Origin: Candidatus Binataceae bacterium
GTDB lineage: Bacteria > Desulfobacterota > Binatia > Binatales > Binataceae
Reading direction: 5' to 3'
Length of the DNA: 64,000 nt
Assembly (NCBI GenBank): GCA_036521875.1
Contig: DATDGX010000138.1
Location: 5,875-69,874 of the forward strand
Positions 29,904 to 41,588 of this stretch are shown one piece after another (the first letter of the stretch is position 1; every line of letters starts with the position of its first letter). Position numbers and translations under genes: made by a program. The notes beneath the pieces are model-generated. The model saw nothing but the letters and a program-made list of their open reading frames with translations, did not search any database and was not told the DNA's origin.

Positions 29904-30701
29904 TCAGCATCCGATCAAATCCGGCAGTTCGGAGAGATCGTCGATGATAAAATCGGGCGCGGGCACGCCCTCGGGAATTTCCTTGTCCGCGCGCCGGATC
30001 CACGCCACGTGCATCCCCACCTGCTTGGCCCCGAGCACGTCGTCGTGCGGCGTATCGCCGACGAACAGGATGTCGTGCGCGTCGAGGCGCATCATCTCCA
30101 TGACGCGCTTGAAGATGAGCGGATTCGGTTTGCGCATTCCCACGTCGGCCGAGATTATTATCGCCTCGAACAACTCGCGCACGCCGGTATCGAGCATTAT
30201 TTCGTAGCCGGCTTGCGAGTCGTCGAAGTTCGAGACCAATCCCAGCCGGTAGCGGAGCGCGATCCTCTTCACTGCCTCGATGCGCGCAGGCGGCGCCGCG
30301 GTCACGCTCCTGACCCCACCCATATGAATCCGCGTGAGGCGTTCCGCGATGCCACGCCGGTCGGCCTGGTCGACTTCGAGGCGCGCGAGCGTCCGCACGA
30401 AGCGCTCGTGGCAGGTTATTTCGGTCAGTTGCGAGTTCCGCTCGGTGTGGACCTCATCGAGAGTCGTGATGTAGGCGCGGATGAAAGCGTCCTGCTGGTA
30501 GCGCGCGCCGAGCGCCGACTCGGCCGCCTCGAAAATCCACGGCATCGTGCTGTGGATCTGGCGCCCCTTCCATTCCATCGCAGGGAGCCGTTTTGGATCC
30601 CAGGTGACGATCGTGTCGAACAGATCGAAAACGACGGCCTTAAAACTGATGCGGGAATTATCACTCAAGCGCGTTTCACCTATCGGTCGCGTTTCAGCCA
30701 C
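29904..30701 (-). CDS. HAD-family hydrolase
   Basis: Motif I VVFDLFDTIV (DxD) plus downstream HAD motifs. The stop is 2 nt after the previous gene's start. Confidence 0.75.
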   Translation of the reverse strand: MAETRPIGETRLSDNSRISFKAVVFDLFDTIVTWDPKRLPAMEWKGRQIHSTMPWIFEAAESALGARYQQDAFIRAYITTLDEVHTERNSQLTEITCHERFVRTLARLEVDQADRRGIAERLTRIHMGGVRSVTAAPPARIEAVKRIALRYRLGLVSNFDDSQAGYEIMLDTGVRELFEAIIISADVGMRKPNPLIFKRVMEMMRLDAHDILFVGDTPHDDVLGAKQVGMHVAWIRRADKEIPEGVPAPDFIIDDLSELPDLIGC

Positions 30702-31164
30702 GGGAGTTCAAAGCTCCCGCGGTTGCGGCCAGCGCGGCGAGATTCAGCATCAGTACTGCGCCGTTCAGGACGACAGACAGATGGTGCAGATGATCGAACT
30801 CGGCCTTGCGCGCGGGGTCGGGATTTTGCTCCTCGGCAACGGTTCGAATCTGATCGACGCGCGGGCGCACCACTACTCCGGCATAGAGCGTGAGCGCGAG
30901 CGCGATCGCGAGTGCGAACGCCGCCGCACCCCACCACAGTCGTGGCCCGCGCGCGGTTGCGAAGTAAATCGCGCTCGCCACCGCGATGGCGCCGGCGCCG
31001 TAGCCGAGTGCGTAGTAGAGTGGGAAGATTCCGCCCACCACTTTGCCCGCCTCGGCGATCGGAAGCCGCGTGAAAACGATCGGCGCGGTGAAGAACGAGA
31101 AGAACACCACCGACCCGAGCCAGCACGCGACCGCGAGCAGATAAACGAACAGTACGATTACCAT
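30694..31164 (-). CDS. membrane protein (DUF4149-like)
   Basis: Four predicted TM helices. Start taken at MVIVLFVYLLAVACWLGSVVFF. Confidence 0.55.
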   Translation of the reverse strand: MVIVLFVYLLAVACWLGSVVFFSFFTAPIVFTRLPIAEAGKVVGGIFPLYYALGYGAGAIAVASAIYFATARGPRLWWGAAAFALAIALALTLYAGVVVRPRVDQIRTVAEEQNPDPARKAEFDHLHHLSVVLNGAVLMLNLAALAATAGALNSRG

Positions 31165-31240
31165 CGGACGGTTATACCGCGAGGCTCACGATGCGCGCGC
31201 ACGTCAATTGGGATGCGTTTTTCAGTCGAGATAAGTCGTT

Positions 31241-31666
31241 TCAGTTGAGATAAGTTTTGCGCGCGCCGGGCAGCGGCTTGCGCTCCGAGAATCCGCTGTC
31301 CATCGTATGCCACGCGACCACTCTCGGCTCGCCGAATTGCCAGCACAGGAAGACAACCTCCTCGCCGGTGTCGCAGGGAAAATCCACCAGTCCCTGGTCG
31401 ATGTCCTTGAGGAAGCATCCGAGCGCTTCGATCTGGCCGGCGGCGTCGGACATGCTGGTGGTAAACGTCCTCAGTTCCGGATGCAGGTCGACGATGTCCG
31501 GTAGCTCCATCCCGAGGAGCGACGAGTCCGCGTCGGCGAGCTGTTTGACGCGCTCGCGGAGCGAGTTCGCCTGCATCTGGAGTTTGCGCACCAGTATCTC
31601 CAGACGGGGGATTAGTTCGTCGGCTTCTTCGGTGCTGAAGAGCTTTTCAAAGCGCTGTTTGGCCAA
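31241..31666 (-). CDS. DUF2203-like hypothetical protein
   Basis: A 141-aa soluble protein with globular composition. It is convergent with, and upstream of, lon. Confidence 0.5.
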   Translation of the reverse strand: MAKQRFEKLFSTEEADELIPRLEILVRKLQMQANSLRERVKQLADADSSLLGMELPDIVDLHPELRTFTTSMSDAAGQIEALGCFLKDIDQGLVDFPCDTGEEVVFLCWQFGEPRVVAWHTMDSGFSERKPLPGARKTYLN

Positions 31667-31883
31667 CGTTATTACGGCAGTGGCGCAGGCGTTCGACCGT
31701 GATTAGCTTAGTTACCGGAGGTCACCTTGTCTGCCCGAGATCGCTATACTACGGTAAATCACGGCAGCCGCGAAAGTCACGCACGCGATGGAAGCCGCGC
31801 GGATGTTGAAAGTCGCACCTGCGGAATTGGCGCAAGGTCCCCCTCCTTAACTGATCTCCACAGATCCCTTATGAGAAGGCCTA

Positions 31884-34385
<2,502 letters not shown>

Positions 34386-34522
34386 ACTGAAGTTCTTCAA
34401 AGTTCTCCACAGTTAGTAGTGGATGCGCGCCTTGGCAGCGGCCAGGGCGCCTTGCGCCAGTTCCGCGCGCCGAATAATTACGAAGGAGCAGGGGAATCAG
34501 TTCGCGGGGAGATACGTTCTCG

Positions 34523-35563
34523 ATGCCAGAGCTCAGAAAGGATCCGGTCGTAGGCCGGTGGGTAATTATGTCCACGGAGCGCAGCAAGCGCCCGTCGGAT
34601 TTCAACAAAGCGCGCGAAGGCCGCAAGGGCGGCCCGTGCGTGTTCTGCGCCGGGATGGAGCATCTCACTCCGCCCGAGGTGCTGTCGTATCGTGAGCCGG
34701 GAACCGTGCCCAATCAGCCCGGATGGCGGGTGCGCGCGGTGCCGAACAAATTTCCCGCCCTCAGGATCGAGGGCGCGGCGGGCCGCCGCGGCGAGGGCTT
34801 GTACGATCTGATGAACGGGATCGGCGCGCACGAGGTCGTGATCGAAACGCCCGATCATGACCAGACGATGGCCGACATCACGCCGCGCCAGATCGAGGAA
34901 GTGCTGTGGGCGTATCGCGACCGCGTGCTCGATCTCGCCCGCGACGAGCGCTTTCGCTACGTGCTCATATTCAAGAACCACGGCGCAGAGGCCGGCGCCA
35001 GCCTCGAGCATCCGCACTCGCAACTGATCGCACTGCCGATTCTTCCGCTCAGCGTCCAGCAGGAGCTGCGCGGCTCCAGTGACTACTACCAGCTCAAAGA
35101 GCGATGCATCTTCTGCGATATCGTCAGCCAGGAGGCGCAGGCGCGCAGCCGCGTCATCCTGGAGAACGAGTTGTTCATAGTGGTGTGCCCGTTCGCGGCG
35201 CGCTTCCCGTTCGAGCTGGTGATGATTCCCAAGGTGCACTCCTCGCACTTCGAGTTTGCCACCGCGAGCGAATACCGTGCGCTGGCGCATTCGATCAAGG
35301 CGACACTGGGCGCGCTCAAGACGGCGCTGTCCGATCCGCCGTTCAACTACATCATCCACTCGGCGCCGCTGCGCGAGCCGGAGAGCAAGCATTACCACTG
35401 GCATCTGGAGATCACACCCGCGCTCACCAAGGTGGCGGGTTTCGAAGTCGGCACCGGGTTCTACATCAATCCGATGCCGCCAGAGGACGCCGCCGCGCAT
35501 CTGCGCGCGACTATGGCGGAGAGCAGCGAGCTTCCCGAAAAGCAGGCCGCGCAGGTGATCTGA
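34523..35563 (+). CDS. galT: galactose-1-phosphate uridylyltransferase-like HIT-family nucleotidyltransferase
   Basis: Starts MPELRKDPVVGRWVIMSTERSKRP. The HPHSQLIALP region matches GalT-type H-x-H-x-Q. Confidence 0.75.
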   Translation: MPELRKDPVVGRWVIMSTERSKRPSDFNKAREGRKGGPCVFCAGMEHLTPPEVLSYREPGTVPNQPGWRVRAVPNKFPALRIEGAAGRRGEGLYDLMNGIGAHEVVIETPDHDQTMADITPRQIEEVLWAYRDRVLDLARDERFRYVLIFKNHGAEAGASLEHPHSQLIALPILPLSVQQELRGSSDYYQLKERCIFCDIVSQEAQARSRVILENELFIVVCPFAARFPFELVMIPKVHSSHFEFATASEYRALAHSIKATLGALKTALSDPPFNYIIHSAPLREPESKHYHWHLEITPALTKVAGFEVGTGFYINPMPPEDAAAHLRATMAESSELPEKQAAQVI

Positions 35564-35769
35564 GCATCGCGGGCATGGCTCCTCGGCCGAGAGAGCGCGG
35601 CTCTCGAAACTGATCTCTTGGCAGCGCGATTCATATTCAGCTTCCTCGCGCTTCACGGCAACGATTTTTTTTCGAGACGACAGCCGATTTCTTTTGCGCT
35701 TGCTCGAATCTCCCTGCATGATGTCTGGACGCGCACGATTCACGTGCGCGGAGATGAGCTTCCCAATCC

Positions 35770-37227
35770 GTGAAGATCGCGATCGTTGCCGCTGAAATTG
35801 CCCCGTTCGCTAAAGCGGGCGGCCTCGCCGACGTTATCGGCGCGCTACCCGGCGCGCTCAAGGCCGCGGGCGCCGATCCTGCCCTCATTGTCCCGGGTTA
35901 CAAGGCCATCCTCAGCAAGCTCGAGACGGCGCCGGTCGGCCAAGCGATGACGGTCCGCGTCGGCGATCGCCCGGAGCCATTTACCGTGCGCCGCGGCGCC
36001 GATCGCACCGGGGTGCCGATTTATCTGATCGATCATCCTGAGTACTTCGGACGCGACGGAATTTACGGCGAGAAAGGCGCCGACTACCCAGACAATCTAC
36101 GCCGCTACATCTTCTTCGGCCGCGCCGCCGCTCTGGTATCCGCCGAGATCGTGCATCCCGACGTTGTCCACGCACACGACTGGCACGCCGCGGTGGCGCC
36201 AATCGTGATGCGCGCCGATCCGGCTTTGCGCGCGCGATTCGCGCGCACCCTGGCCGTGTTCACGATCCACAACCTCGCTTTCCAGGGCCTCATGGAGCGC
36301 GCTGAATTTTCGCTCCTCAATCTCGACGCGTCGTACTTCTCGGTGGACTATCTCGAGTTCTGGGGCCGCGTGAATCTGATGAAAGGCGCGGTGGTGCTCT
36401 CCGACGCCGCCTCGACGGTCAGCCCGACCTACGCGCGCGAGGTTACCACTGATCCCGAGCTGGGATTCGGACTGGAGGGCGTGCTCCGCGCCAAGGGTAA
36501 TCGGTTCGTTGGGATCCTCAATGGCGCTGACTACCACGAGTGGGATCCGGCGACCGACTTGATGATTCCGGCAACCTTCAGCGCGCGCAATCCGCTCGGC
36601 AAGCGGGTGTGCACGCGCGAGCTGCGCGCCAAGCTCAACCTACCGCCCTGGGACCATCGCCCGCTGGTCGGGATGGTAACCCGAATGACGGCGCAGAAGG
36701 GAATCGATCTGCTCAAGGAGGCACTCGAGCAGGTGATGGAACTCGACTTGCAACTGGTGATGCTCGCGAGCGGAGATCCCGAGATGGAAGCCTACTTCCG
36801 CCAGGCCGAGCAGCGCTATCACGACCGCCTGCGCGCGCTGATCGAGTTCGACAACACGCGCGCGCATCAGATCCAGGCCGGCAGCGACGCGTTCCTGATG
36901 CCGTCGCGGTTCGAGCCGTGTGGACTGACGCAGATGTACGCGCTGCATTACGGCAGCGCGCCGGTGGTCCGCGCGACCGGCGGATTGCGCGACACGGTGA
37001 CCGAGTTCAGTCCGGAAAGCGGCAGCGGCAACGGTTTTGTGTTCGAGGATTGCAGCCCCGAAGATCTGGTCGCGGCCCTTCGCCGCGCCGCCGCGATGTT
37101 CAAGAACGGGCCGCAATGGCGCCGCCTGATGCAGAACTGCTTCGCGGCGGATTTCTCCTGGGACCGCGCCGCGCGCGAGTATCTCGGATGGTTCGAGCGG
37201 CTGCGCGCCGCGCGTGGCTCCGATTAA
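35770..37227 (+). CDS. glgA: glycogen synthase
   Basis: Starts at a GTG with MKIAIVAAEIAPFAKAGGLADVIGALP, a classic GlgA N-terminus. Confidence 0.9.
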   Translation: MKIAIVAAEIAPFAKAGGLADVIGALPGALKAAGADPALIVPGYKAILSKLETAPVGQAMTVRVGDRPEPFTVRRGADRTGVPIYLIDHPEYFGRDGIYGEKGADYPDNLRRYIFFGRAAALVSAEIVHPDVVHAHDWHAAVAPIVMRADPALRARFARTLAVFTIHNLAFQGLMERAEFSLLNLDASYFSVDYLEFWGRVNLMKGAVVLSDAASTVSPTYAREVTTDPELGFGLEGVLRAKGNRFVGILNGADYHEWDPATDLMIPATFSARNPLGKRVCTRELRAKLNLPPWDHRPLVGMVTRMTAQKGIDLLKEALEQVMELDLQLVMLASGDPEMEAYFRQAEQRYHDRLRALIEFDNTRAHQIQAGSDAFLMPSRFEPCGLTQMYALHYGSAPVVRATGGLRDTVTEFSPESGSGNGFVFEDCSPEDLVAALRRAAAMFKNGPQWRRLMQNCFAADFSWDRAAREYLGWFERLRAARGSD

Positions 37228-37253
37228 CCTGAGCCGCGGATTAGACCGGGGAA

Positions 37254-37673
37254 ATGGCCGGCACCCGAAAGCACTACCTCGTCTATGCCGATGGCTCCTG
37301 TATCGGCAATCCCGGCCGCGGCGGATGGGGCGCGGTGATAATTGAGGAAGGCGAGGGCGAGCGGCGCGAAATAAACGGCCACGATCCCGCGACCACCAAC
37401 AATCGCATGGAAATCCTGGCCGCGGTTGAGGCGCTGCGCCACACCGATCCAGCGTCGAGCGTCGTGCTCAGAAGCGACAGCCAGTACCTAGTGCATACGA
37501 TGAACAAAGGATGGAAGCGCAAGGCGAACCTCGACCTGTGGCAGCAGCTCGATGCGGAAGTGGCGCGCCGCCACGTCCAGTTCGAGTGGGTCCGGGGTCA
37601 CGGCTACGATCCGCTCAACGATCGCGCCGACCAACTCGCCAACCTCGGCTCCGACCGTAAAATAGTGGACTAG
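37254..37673 (+). CDS. rnhA: ribonuclease HI
   Basis: Has YADGSCIGNPGRGGWGAVI and the DEDD catalytic residues in RNase H spacing. Confidence 0.9.
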   Translation: MAGTRKHYLVYADGSCIGNPGRGGWGAVIIEEGEGERREINGHDPATTNNRMEILAAVEALRHTDPASSVVLRSDSQYLVHTMNKGWKRKANLDLWQQLDAEVARRHVQFEWVRGHGYDPLNDRADQLANLGSDRKIVD

Positions 37674-37685
37674 GCTTTGCTCCGC

Positions 37686-38342
37686 TCACCAGACGCTCGG
37701 GATCATCGCGTCGGTCTCGCGGCGGTACGCCTCGTAGTCCTCGCCATAGCGGACGAGCAGAATCAACTCCTCGGCTCGCACGCTGCGCCGCGCGACGATC
37801 ACTCCAATCACCAGGGTGAGCAGCGCCACGATCGGCGCACCGTACACCAGCGGCCAGGCGAACAGCACCAGGAACTCGCCCGCATAGATCGGATGGCGGA
37901 TGTAGCGATAGAGGGCGCGGCGCACCAGCACGCGTTGCTCGCGGCCGGACCGATCCGCGGAAAAGAAGTGGAGCTGGATTCGGGCGCCCAGCGCCAGCCA
38001 TAACCCCGCCAGTTCGAGCAGCAGTCCGAGCGCGCCCGCCCATGCCGGCGCCTCGCCGCCGTAGATGTAGGTGCGCTCAAACGGCGCGGCTGCAAATAGC
38101 ACCAGGATTGGCACCTGGTTCATGATGCGGGCGCCGAGCGAGTCGCGGCGCACCGTCTCCGGGTCGTCTTCGCGCACCAGCAACTCCGACAGGCGGAATC
38201 CGCCGTAGGCAAGCAGGTACGCCGCGACATAGTGATGGTCGCGGAAGTACGCGGTGATGCCGAGGCCGAGCGCGACCGAGCCGATGATCGCGGTCAGGAA
38301 AATCGCGAGCTCGCAGATTCGCAGCGCGAAGTCATGACTCAT
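37686..38342 (-). CDS. ICMT/PEMT-family membrane methyltransferase (isoprenylcysteine carboxyl methyltransferase-like)
   Basis: Polytopic membrane protein with the C-terminal signature RRALYRYIRHPIYAGEFLVLFAWPL...EE, the ICMT/PEMT SAM-binding motif. It is divergent from the small-peptide array. Confidence 0.75.
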   Translation of the reverse strand: MSHDFALRICELAIFLTAIIGSVALGLGITAYFRDHHYVAAYLLAYGGFRLSELLVREDDPETVRRDSLGARIMNQVPILVLFAAAPFERTYIYGGEAPAWAGALGLLLELAGLWLALGARIQLHFFSADRSGREQRVLVRRALYRYIRHPIYAGEFLVLFAWPLVYGAPIVALLTLVIGVIVARRSVRAEELILLVRYGEDYEAYRRETDAMIPSVW

Positions 38343-38926
38343 CACGAGCCGCGGCGCTGCTACCTTCGTTTGCGCAGTGAGCGGTCCTGTCGCACGCAAA
38401 GGACCCGTGGACTTCGAGGGTTCGGCTGAGTCAGGGATTCGGTCGCTGTCCATAAACCAACTTTCTCAGATGCGCGATGCGGAGCAAACAGGACCGGCGC
38501 GCGACGCACAGGGGTCAGCCCCCCTGCACCCAGGGTTAGGAAAAGCCGGCGCGCTTCGCGCTGTCACAACTCTTCAAATGGCGTCCGTTGGCGCTGCCCG
38601 ACGTTGTTCGATCCTCGACTGACGTCGTGCCTGAATCGATGTCATCCACGCCCAAATCGACGACGTCCAGACGCGGCAGCGCTGCAGGCGGTTTACTGCA
38701 GTGTTTCGCAATATTCGAAATTTAACATCAACGGCAAAATCTAGCCTTTTGCATCTCGCAAACCGCGAATCACCTGAATATGCCGTAAGATACTAGGGTT
38801 TTCGACCTTGCTCTGCTGTTTATGCACAATACGAATAAAGAAAAACGCATAGGAAATCGAGAGAATGTCGATGGCACAAGCATTGCTTGTTGACGGCTGA
38901 AGCTCGAACCCCAGGGAGGGATGGAA

Positions 38927-39103
38927 ATGAACGCAAGGACAAACGAGGCAAGGTTGGCGGGTCTGGATCGAAGCTCGTATGACATCGAATCGAACGACGG
39001 AACCCGCTCCGCACAGAACGCGCTCCTGAGCGAGTGGCCGGGTGCAATCTTCGGATTGCTGACCCTCGGTTACATCGTGAGTTCGCTGGTGGCGCTGCTC
39101 TAA
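38927..39103 (+). CDS. small tail-anchored peptide, paralog 1 of 4 (58 aa)
   Basis: MNARTNEARLAGLDRSSYDIESNDGTRSAQNALLSEWPGAIFGLLTLGYIVSSLVALL. GGGAGGG lies 6 nt upstream of the ATG. The conserved hydrophobic C-terminus runs to the stop. Confidence 0.55.
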   Translation: MNARTNEARLAGLDRSSYDIESNDGTRSAQNALLSEWPGAIFGLLTLGYIVSSLVALL

Positions 39104-39135
39104 TCACCACGGAACTGACTGACGGAGGAATGACA

Positions 39136-39306
39136 ATGAACGCGACGACCACTGAAGCAAGAATGGCGGTGATGGCGCAAGAAGAGAAGGCGTCGACGAG
39201 TGCGGTGCACTACGCGCAGAACGCGATGCTGAGCGAACTGCCCGGTGTGGTGTTCGCATTGCTGACGCTCGGCTACGTCGTAAGCTCGCTTGTCGCCCTG
39301 ATCTAA
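39136..39306 (+). CDS. small tail-anchored peptide, paralog 2 of 4 (56 aa)
   Basis: MNATTTEARMAVMAQEEKASTSAVHYAQNAMLSELPGVVFALLTLGYVVSSLVALI. GGAGGA lies 6 nt upstream of the ATG. Confidence 0.6.
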   Translation: MNATTTEARMAVMAQEEKASTSAVHYAQNAMLSELPGVVFALLTLGYVVSSLVALI

Positions 39307-39352
39307 TCGCAACGAACTGAAACGACGGAACTGACTGACTGGAGGAATGACA

Positions 39353-39523
39353 ATGAACGCGACGACCACTGAAGCAAGAATGGCTGTGAGCCCGGTTGAA
39401 GAGGAGGCGTCGACCAACGCGGTGCGTTACGCGCAGAACGCGATGCTGAGTGAATTGCCCGGCGTAGTGTTCGGACTGCTGACGCTCGGCTACGTCGTGA
39501 GCTCGCTGATCGCATTGATCTGA
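39353..39523 (+). CDS. small tail-anchored peptide, paralog 3 of 4 (56 aa)
   Basis: MNATTTEARMAVSPVEEEASTNAVRYAQNAMLSELPGVVFGLLTLGYVVSSLIALI. The differences from paralog 2 in the C-terminal half are mostly synonymous. Confidence 0.6.
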   Translation: MNATTTEARMAVSPVEEEASTNAVRYAQNAMLSELPGVVFGLLTLGYVVSSLIALI

Positions 39524-39584
39524 ACCTGAACCTGAATCCGATTGGCGTGAATCGCAAGAACTGTTCTGACTTGAGAGAATGACC

Positions 39585-39767
39585 ATGGACGCAACGACCA
39601 CTGAAGAAAAAATCGCTGCGACGGCGATTGAGAAAAAGGCGTCGGCGGATTGCACGGCGTATTGTATGTCCGCGGCGGACCAAAGGATGTTCCGCCCGAT
39701 GCCCGGCATCATGCTCGAACTTACCTCGCTCGGCTACGTCGTGAGCTCGCTGAACGGGCTCGACTGA
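39585..39767 (+). CDS. small tail-anchored peptide, divergent paralog 4 of 4 (60 aa)
   Basis: MDATTTEEKIAATAIEKKASADCTAYCMSAADQRMFRPMPGIMLELTSLGYVVSSLNGLD. It shares the MxATTTE N-terminus and the LGYVVSSL core. Confidence 0.5.
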   Translation: MDATTTEEKIAATAIEKKASADCTAYCMSAADQRMFRPMPGIMLELTSLGYVVSSLNGLD

Positions 39768-40016
39768 CCTCTCATTCGCCGCCCCGCGCGGCCGGTTTCT
39801 CAACGCACCTCTGACTGGTTTCCCCGCGCCTCTGAACTGAAGAGGTCGCGAACCCTCAGAATTAGATCGCTCGAAGTTCCGCCGCGCCACGGCTCAGTAT
39901 TTGCCGGGCAACGTTTGGCTGGCTCGATAGCGACCAGTACGTGAATGCCGCCAGGGTGTGAGGTCGTGCTCATGTCAACGAACCTGAATGCATTCATCTT
40001 TGAGTAGCGGATGCTC

Positions 40017-40043
40017 CGCGCCTGATCGCAGGCGCGTTTTGTT
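40017..40043 (+). terminator. intrinsic terminator downstream of the small-peptide array
   Basis: CGCGCCTG-ATCG-CAGGCGCG is an 8-bp GC stem with a 4-nt loop, followed by TTTTGTT. Confidence 0.5.
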
Positions 40044-40067
40044 AGCTACGCGAATGACCGGGCAATA

Positions 40068-40943
40068 TCATTGCCATCGCTGGGGCACGGCCTTGATCCT
40101 CTGAACTCCAAGCTCATCACACCAGTGTTCAAAACGCGCGCGCGGTACGCCGCGAAACTCCAGATCTTTCAGCGAGGCCTCCAGTGGGACGGTGTCGACT
40201 AAAGTTGCCAGCTTCCGGTACAGCAAAGCGTCTTCGCGCCGCTCCACCAGCGTGGCCGCGAGCTGGAGCGCGCCGCGCGGTTTGACCTTCCACTGGAACG
40301 GGTCGGCGGGAATCCCCTCCAGCCGCTCGTATACGCCCAGCAGCAGCGACGCGCTTTTCTTGCCGAAGCCCGGCAGGCCGGGAAAGCCGTCCGCGCTGTC
40401 GCCGGCCAGCGCCAGGAAGTCTGGCATGCTATGCGGTCCAAAACCGCGCTCGGCGCGAAATGCCGCCTCGTTCACCACTTTCCGCTGGCGTCGATCAACC
40501 CGGACCACCCGGTCGCCTAGCAAGCACTGACCGAGATCTTTGTCAGGCGTGAGAATTCGTACTTGAGTGACCTGATCGCGAAATCTCCGGGCTCCGCTGG
40601 CGAGACCATCATCCGCCTCGTACTCGCGCATCGACCAGACCGCCACTCCGATCGCGCGCACGGCATCTTCCGCCGCGTCGAATTGAACGCGCAACTCGGG
40701 CGGAACACCTTCGTCGCTCTTGTAGGGCGGAAACAGATCATTCCGAAACGATCGGATCGGATTGTCGAACGCTACCGCAACATGCGTGACCGCTTCCTCC
40801 GGGTCCCGCAGGAGGGCCAATAGCGACTCCACGATCCCGACCGTGGCCTTGGCATCGGCGCCCGAAGGCGCGCGGTGCTCAGGGCGCGGCGCGTAATGAG
40901 CCCGATAGAGTTCGTACGTCCCGTCGACAAGATGCAATCGCAT
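40068..40943 (-). CDS. 5'-3' exonuclease (FEN/Pol I 5'-nuclease family, Xni-like)
   Basis: A PIN-like N-domain (MRLHLVDGTYELYRAHYA) and an H3TH region (PGLPGFGKKSASLLL). Confidence 0.85.
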   Translation of the reverse strand: MRLHLVDGTYELYRAHYAPRPEHRAPSGADAKATVGIVESLLALLRDPEEAVTHVAVAFDNPIRSFRNDLFPPYKSDEGVPPELRVQFDAAEDAVRAIGVAVWSMREYEADDGLASGARRFRDQVTQVRILTPDKDLGQCLLGDRVVRVDRRQRKVVNEAAFRAERGFGPHSMPDFLALAGDSADGFPGLPGFGKKSASLLLGVYERLEGIPADPFQWKVKPRGALQLAATLVERREDALLYRKLATLVDTVPLEASLKDLEFRGVPRARFEHWCDELGVQRIKAVPQRWQ

Positions 40944-40976
40944 CGAGCGAGAATAACACTTGCGGTGTCGTTACGG

Positions 40977-41513
40977 TCACCGGACCCGCTCGAGGCGCAA
41001 GCTCCCAACGGTGGCGCGCGCGGTGATGCCCGGGGCAGCGGAGGTCTCGATCGCGCGCCTGACCATCGTGAGCGAGACCAGGATGACCGCAGCGGTTAGC
41101 ACGATCGTGACCCACGTCATCACCCGGATGCGCATGAGAATCGAGTCGACCTGTTTGACCGTGAACGCCGGGCCGTCGCCGTGCGCCGCAATCTCCTCTT
41201 GCCGCCCGATCCTGAACGCGAGACCGAAAGTCAGGTAGGTCTGCAGGAAAATCAGGATAAACGCGAGCCCGAGTTTCAGCTCGAGTGGCCCGCCGATGCG
41301 GCTGAAGTAATCGAACTTCATCGATGCTTTCAGATCCGTCAACCGCATCGCGCCGGTAATCACGACCACTCCGAGCATCGCGATCGTAAACGGATTGTAG
41401 AAGCGCAGCCCGGTTATCAGGCTCGCGCGGCGCGAGCTTTCGTCGCGTGCGGTCGCCGCCGCGGGAATCAACATATAGAGGAGCGCGAACTGTGCGCCGA
41501 AATATGCGGCCAT
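40977..41513 (-). CDS. hypothetical membrane protein (4 TM)
   Basis: Hydrophobic helices in plausible coding composition. The overlapping 237-aa Arg-rich ORF in the other frame is rejected. Confidence 0.5.
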   Translation of the reverse strand: MAAYFGAQFALLYMLIPAAATARDESSRRASLITGLRFYNPFTIAMLGVVVITGAMRLTDLKASMKFDYFSRIGGPLELKLGLAFILIFLQTYLTFGLAFRIGRQEEIAAHGDGPAFTVKQVDSILMRIRVMTWVTIVLTAAVILVSLTMVRRAIETSAAPGITARATVGSLRLERVR

Positions 41514-41588
41514 CGCGCACAGATGCAGCCAGACGAGGATTTCGCCGGATTCGATGCGCGCTAACTCCCTGACCGCTTGCCGCGAGGC

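Noticed and set aside
31667-31883. Sigma-32 heat-shock promoter upstream of lon
   Set aside because: A TTGAAA hexamer is present, but the CCCC -10-like element is 27 nt away. No convincing spacing fits sigma-32 or sigma-70, so no call is made.
38927-39767. Small tandem peptides as Flp/Tad pilins missing from the Tad locus
   Set aside because: Flp pilins have an N-terminal leader followed by G/xxxxEY and a hydrophobic stretch that is not C-terminal. Here the hydrophobic helix runs to the stop codon and there is no G-x4-EY motif.
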